A stretch of 64,000 nucleotides of DNA from Caecitellus pseudoparvulus (Eukaryota > Protista > Bigyra: Bicosoecida). The DNA lies in NCBI GenBank assembly GCA_965644315.1, contig CBFFRQ010000066.1:372001-436000 (forward strand), in the 5' to 3' direction. This document shows positions 15,001 through 21,000 of this stretch, piece after piece; position 1 is the stretch's first letter; each line of letters starts with the position of its first letter. The notes under the pieces were generated by a model. The model ran no database searches and had not been told where the DNA came from. It worked only from the letters and a program-made list of their open reading frames with translations. Made by a program: the position numbers and the translations under genes.

Positions 15001-18000
15001 ATTCCAAGGCCTTGGTGACGCAGAGTCAGGACTGAGCTCCATCAGCTGGTGCATCGGGACGACAGTGGCGACCTGTGACGTGCACCCGATGGAACCCCTT
15101 CCTCCCCAAGAGACAGCCCAAGCTGTGAATAATCGCCAACTAGTCATCCCGTCCACGTTGAACGACAGTGCACTTTGCAGTGCCATCCTAGCTGCAAAGC
15201 GTGCCTCCATGCAGCGCGCGGCAGCACGTACAAACGCCAGCAGTGAAGCTGTGCATGCAACGGCAGGCCCTGCCTTCATCAGACTGTCCATTGTGAATGG
15301 GGCTGGGCTTGAGTCGGAGCTTATCGCTCCACCAGTTCTTGTTGACTGCACTGACCCCATTGCGGCTTCAGTTGAGTTTGGTTACATTTCAGACACAGAC
15401 GCCGCAAATGATCCAGGATTGGGAGCCGTGCTCACGGAAGACTCAGCGGGGGAATCCTCGGTACAGTTGTCAGCCGTGGCATACACAGACGATGCCGGGT
15501 ACGCAGGGTACCACTGGCAGCCGTGGGTTGATGCTGATAGCGACGTCGTGGTGTACTTCGCTTGTCTGGCTTCAGGGCCGGAGGCGAACAAAGCAAGGGC
15601 CACGCTGCAAAGCGGGGGCCACGACCTCTGGCTGCAAGGGCACTGTGATATCCATCCTCTGCAGAGAGTGTCAGAGAGTACCGTCTTGGGTTGGGAGTCG
15701 TACCGCCTTCAGCTCACTCCAGGGGCGCCGTACGCTGCGCTGGTTGTAGGCGTGACTGCAGCAGGGCGCTTCTCCTGGACGGTTGGCCAGGCACTTGTTC
15801 CAGACATCACGGCACCCCTGCCACCCCTGCGCACAGTCCAAGAAGTCGGGGTGGTGGGCAATGAAACTGTCGCCGACGTGGACTATCTGGACCTGTCGGC
15901 TGGCACCCTCGCTGCATCGTGGGGTGACTTCCAAGACGCTGAGTCTCCTCTGGTTTCGTACGAGTGGACTGTCGTGGAAGAGCATCCGAACAAGCCTGTC
16001 ATTTCCGTACAGCAAGCTGGTTCGGACAACCCAGAGTGGCTGAACAGGCACTTCCTGTTTGATTGGCTGGACGTTGGCTTGGCGACTGACGCAGAAATGC
16101 GGGTGCTGGATTTGAAGCCAGGCATGCGCTACCGCGTGGCGGTGCGAGGGCACAATGCCGCAGGGCATTTCACCGAAGTTCTGAGCGACGGCGTCATGCT
16201 GGACGAAGGTGATGTGTGCATGGGCAACGTGAGCGTTGGCCCAGACCCTGCCGTGGACTCCGAGTACCTGACGTTTGAGGACACGATTGCGGCGACTTGG
16301 GAAGCCCTGCTTGACGGAGCCAACATGCAGCCGCTGTTGGAGTGTGCGTTGAAGAAGTCCGAGGGCGGCGCTGGCGGTGAAACGGTGGAGCTCTCAGGCA
16401 ACGCGTCCGAGGTGCTCATCGGAGTTCCTGCAGCACCCGTCTCTCACTTCGAGTGGCAGCTCAAGATCATGAACCCTTCAAACGCCAGCGAGTTTGACCA
16501 ACCCGGGCCGCGAAACGAAACCATTGCCCCAATCGACATCGCAGCTCAAAACGTGTCCACGCTGAATCCCAAGCGTGAACAGCGAGAGCCTGTGTCCTTA
16601 GCCCCCAACTCAGAGAGTAACCACACGGCATTCTCTGTTGTCATGCCATGGGAGCAAGCTGGGGCGCGCTACGCTTCTGCTTGGTCAGCGTGTTGCTCCT
16701 CCTACAACGAGAAGCTCAAGCCTGCCACGTACTTGGACTTCAACTGGCGGTCAATCACCGACGATGTTGTGGGCATGGGTTCATCGCTCCTCACACCGGC
16801 CCCAGGTGTCCTGCTCGTTGGGCACGAACATGGGGTGCTACTGTCGTCGGCTTCTGACCCAAGCGTGGCATCACAGAGCCTTGAAACGGTGGGGCCACAC
16901 CTCGCAGCCTGGGCACCTCAGCCTGCCGAGTGGCAGGTGAACCCAACACCCGCTTCACGAAGCTTGCTGCTGGCCTCTGCTGGCGCGTCAGGGCTGCATG
17001 TTTCCCAACTTAGCGTTCACGGGAACTGGACGGCTTTAGAAACGGACGCTTGCTCTTTGAGTCTTCCCTTGGTAGGCGGTGATGTGTCATTGGCCCGCTT
17101 TGCAGACTTCCGAGCAGGAGTGGCCTCCTCTGCCCTCGCATTTGAAGCAAACGGGGAAGTGGTTGCTGCGGGCTTCACCGCTCAGGGTGAGCCCGTGCTC
17201 GCGTCGGTCGACACTGCTGCTTGCTCGGTAGTGAGCGTCGAGCAGCTACCAGGCAGCGGGTCAGGCACGCCAGTTGCCGTGTCTGCCTCTGCGACGCTGA
17301 GTGCTGCTGCAGCTGGCACCACCATGATGATCAAGGCCACGGGGGAGCGTGAGTTTAGCGACGGGACTGTTCCCGTCTCCATCTCCCCAGAAGTTGTGGG
17401 GGGTGATGTTGTGACTGCTGTGGGGCCTGACGGACTTGTGGCTGCCTCGTGGCCCAGCGCCGGGACCAGTGCATCCGGCCATGTTGCCATCATGCGCCAC
17501 ACTGAATCAGGTCTGCAGCCATTGTGTGGTGTGGCAGGCCCAGCCGAAGGCGCCCAACTTGGTTCTGCCCTGGCCTGGCAAGCCGGTGTTGGTGGTCTGA
17601 CAAGCTCTGAAGGCGCCCTCCTAGCAATCGGGGCAAGCGGCATGGAAGCCGCAGTGCTTGTTAAGGTGGCTGTGACATCCGGGCAAGCAGCCGACATGCA
17701 GCTGGGAGCTTGGCCACCGGTTCGCTTCGACGACGTGGCGCTCACTTGGACGCTGGGCAACGCGTCTGCTTTGCCTTGGTGCACGGATGTAACCATCATG
17801 CGGCCACCAAGCCCCACCAACATTGCAAGTTCATCCCTTGGTTCCATTGGCGACGCGGCTGCTCTCGCATATGGGACAGGATCTGCAGTGGCCTTCACCC
17901 CTGCTGAGGGTGGCACACTTCTCGTGGGGGCGCCTTTCGGCGCGACGTGGGCTGTGTCTCATGGAGGCAGCGCAGGCACAGGGCGGGTGTTTGGTGCTGC

Positions 18001-21000
18001 ATGGTGTGCTCCTGGGGCTGCTAAGCAGTACAACCGAGGTGGTGCCCTCCCTTTCACATGCAGAGCTTGCGGAGCAGGCTACCACAGCCACGGTGGTGCT
18101 GACCCGACATGCAGTTACTGTGAAGGCAGGGTGTGTGTCGGAGACGAGGAAGTCACCTTCGCCGCTGAGAGAGAGGGTTTGCCTCTGAAGCTGGGCTCGA
18201 ACTACCAGATTGACGTGCGTGCCATCACGCTGAGCAACAAGCAAGCCGTTGCAGTATCCCGGGTGTTCCTCGTGGACTGGACGCCGCCACAGCTTGGCCA
18301 AGTCACTGACGGCGTGTCACTGGACCCTGGCGAGGCAAGCGAGGAGTGTGGCAGCATTTGCACCATGAACACGGACTACACCAACGACACGACGGCCGTG
18401 CACGTGTCTTGGAGTGGCTGGGAGGACTGGCAGTCCGGCATGTCCCACTACATTGTCGGTGCAGGCACGGAGCCTGGCCTGGACGATGTTGCAGCCTGGA
18501 GGCCTGTTTACGGGAGAAACAATGCTTCCTTGGCGGCAGCTCTACAGCAAGGGCAGTACGTGTATGCCTGCGTCATGGGTGTCAACAACGCCAACCTGAC
18601 GTCCGCTCCGAACTGCACGGACGGATTCTGGGTGGACACCACTCCCCCTGTCATGCGCACTGTGCTGGACGGCTATGACGGCCCAGACCTGGACCAGCAG
18701 ACCTCGACGGACTTGTTCCTGGGCAACTGGGACGCTGAAGAAGATGTTCCTGGGGGACTGCAGCTGTACGAGTGGGCGTTGGCCACGTACAGCCTGGAGG
18801 CGCTCACGGAGGACGCCAACGTGAGCGCTTTGGTGCGGAACACTCCTTGGGGTGCGGATTTCCCTGGCACAGGTGGTACGGTCATGCGTAAGGACGCAAA
18901 TGGTAACTTCGAACTGCTGGCTGGCCCGCGCCCAAGGCCGAATTTGCTGGAGTGGGAAACCACTGACCGCTACACGTACGGACTTGCGCTGCAGCGCTCC
19001 ACCTTCCTGTCGAATGCGACAAAGGACTCTGTAGTGTTCGTGTGGGTGCGTGCTCACAACAAGGTCGGGTTGCCTTCCCCATACGGCCAGTCAAATGGAG
19101 TCATCATCGGGCGTTCCGATGCCGTCGTGGACCCTGATGTGCCGACGGCCATGGGTTTTGACACCATGCCTTCAACTGGGTACGGCGGCTTGGAAGAAGC
19201 AGAGTCCCCACCGTCCACAGTTGGAGCTGTGGAGTTCCCGGCCGGCAGCACTTCTGGAAACCAGCGCTTCACGGCAGGGGTAGTGGAGGAAGACGACGAG
19301 GGCGTTGTGGACCCTTCGAAGACCTCACCACCAGCGAACAACTTCAAATTCGGCGACTACTCCTTCTCCATCAACGCTGTGGATGACAATGGCGAGCGCA
19401 TTGAAGGCTTTCGCTTCGAGAAGCCCATCCTGGTGTCCATGTTCTACAAGGTGGGCAGCACGCGCACAGAGCAAGAGGCGTCCTTCCCCAAGCTCATGTT
19501 CTACTCCTCCGTGACGGAGGAGTGGCTGAACGCCGTGGACACGTGCACGGGAGATGACCGCTTTGAGTTCGTGGACCCTGCGACCAACCAGTACTCTGTG
19601 CATGTGTGCCATCTCACCCAATTTGCCATGTTCCAGCAGTTGCGCCCCGTCGCAGTCATTTCGCACGGTGACCACGTTGTTTCTTCATCCCAAGACCTGA
19701 ACACAGTGGGCGCGTCCACTGCAGTCGTGCCGATTGGATCCCACCGGGGTCAGGCTGCGGTGGCAGTGGACGGCGCACTCGCCGCCGGCCACACTGCCTT
19801 CGTGGCATCCCCTCGAGGAATCACAAGCGACTTCAACGTGTATACTGTCAATTGGTCTCCGCAGGGGAACCACATGATCACCCTAGACGCCGCTGGCTCG
19901 CACGATGCCGACGGCACAGTGGAGACATTCTCTTGGGAGCTGAAGGGGGTCAGTGTCCAGGGAAACACCAGCCTTGGCCAGGGCCTTGCAACCACGCAGG
20001 AAGCGACTTCCATCCGGCTTGGGCCTTTCCAGGCTCCTGGCATGTACTACGCCTGCCTGAACATCAGCGACAACCAGGATGCATGGGCGGCAGCCACGTA
20101 CATGATCCGCATGAACTCGGCTCCGTCTGCAATGGCCTCCATCCCCACCCTGCTGCAGTGGCCAGCGGCTCAGCGAGTGTCAGTCAGCGCAGTGGGGTCG
20201 GCTGATCCCGAGAGCAGCAGCCTGTCCTACACCTGGTCGGTGGTCCAGGCAACTCCCGTTGCGTCCGCAGCAGACATTGCAGACTGCACGGCAACCTTCC
20301 AAGATGGTGCAGGGAGAGAGACGGACTTCTCTCCTACGTGCCCTGGACTGTACAAGTTGCAAGTGCGTGTTGCTGACGCGGACGGGCACTTTGACCTGGC
20401 GTCCGGCACTGTGCGACTGAACTCGCAGCCCACAGCTGTGATTTCGGAACCTGACATGGACTTGGCCGCTGCGCAAGCTACTTTGCACGGCTTGGGTTCG
20501 CATGACGACACAGCTGTCATTCGCTACAGCTGGCAGCTTTGGATTCTGCTGCCGGCCGAGATGGCGACTTTGCTCAAGCCGCACACATCGGTGCTGCAGC
20601 ACGACACAGACATCCAAGTTCTTGGCTCTGGTGCGCTGCAGCTGCCAGCGCTGAACGAGCCGCAGTGGGCTGCTTGGAATGCCAGCGCAGCTGCTCTTGC
20701 TGCCGGAAACGGCACTGAGAGCGAGGGCTTGGAAGCGCTGCAAGCCATCGCTGGACTGCGCGCTGCTCTCCTTGGGTCAAGCATAGACACTGCCATCGAT
20801 GAGTCAACTCGCTTCTCAGAACACGTGACCCTGCTGGGTATCAACCAAGGCACTCAGTACCAAGTCACATTGCGAGTGGAAGATGCCCACGGGGGTCAAG
20901 GCACTACAAGCCGCGCGTTCGCGACGAACACTCTGCCCACTGTGGAGCTGGCCGGCCCCAGCACCATCCACATCCTTGCAGACGAAGCACTGCGAGTGCT

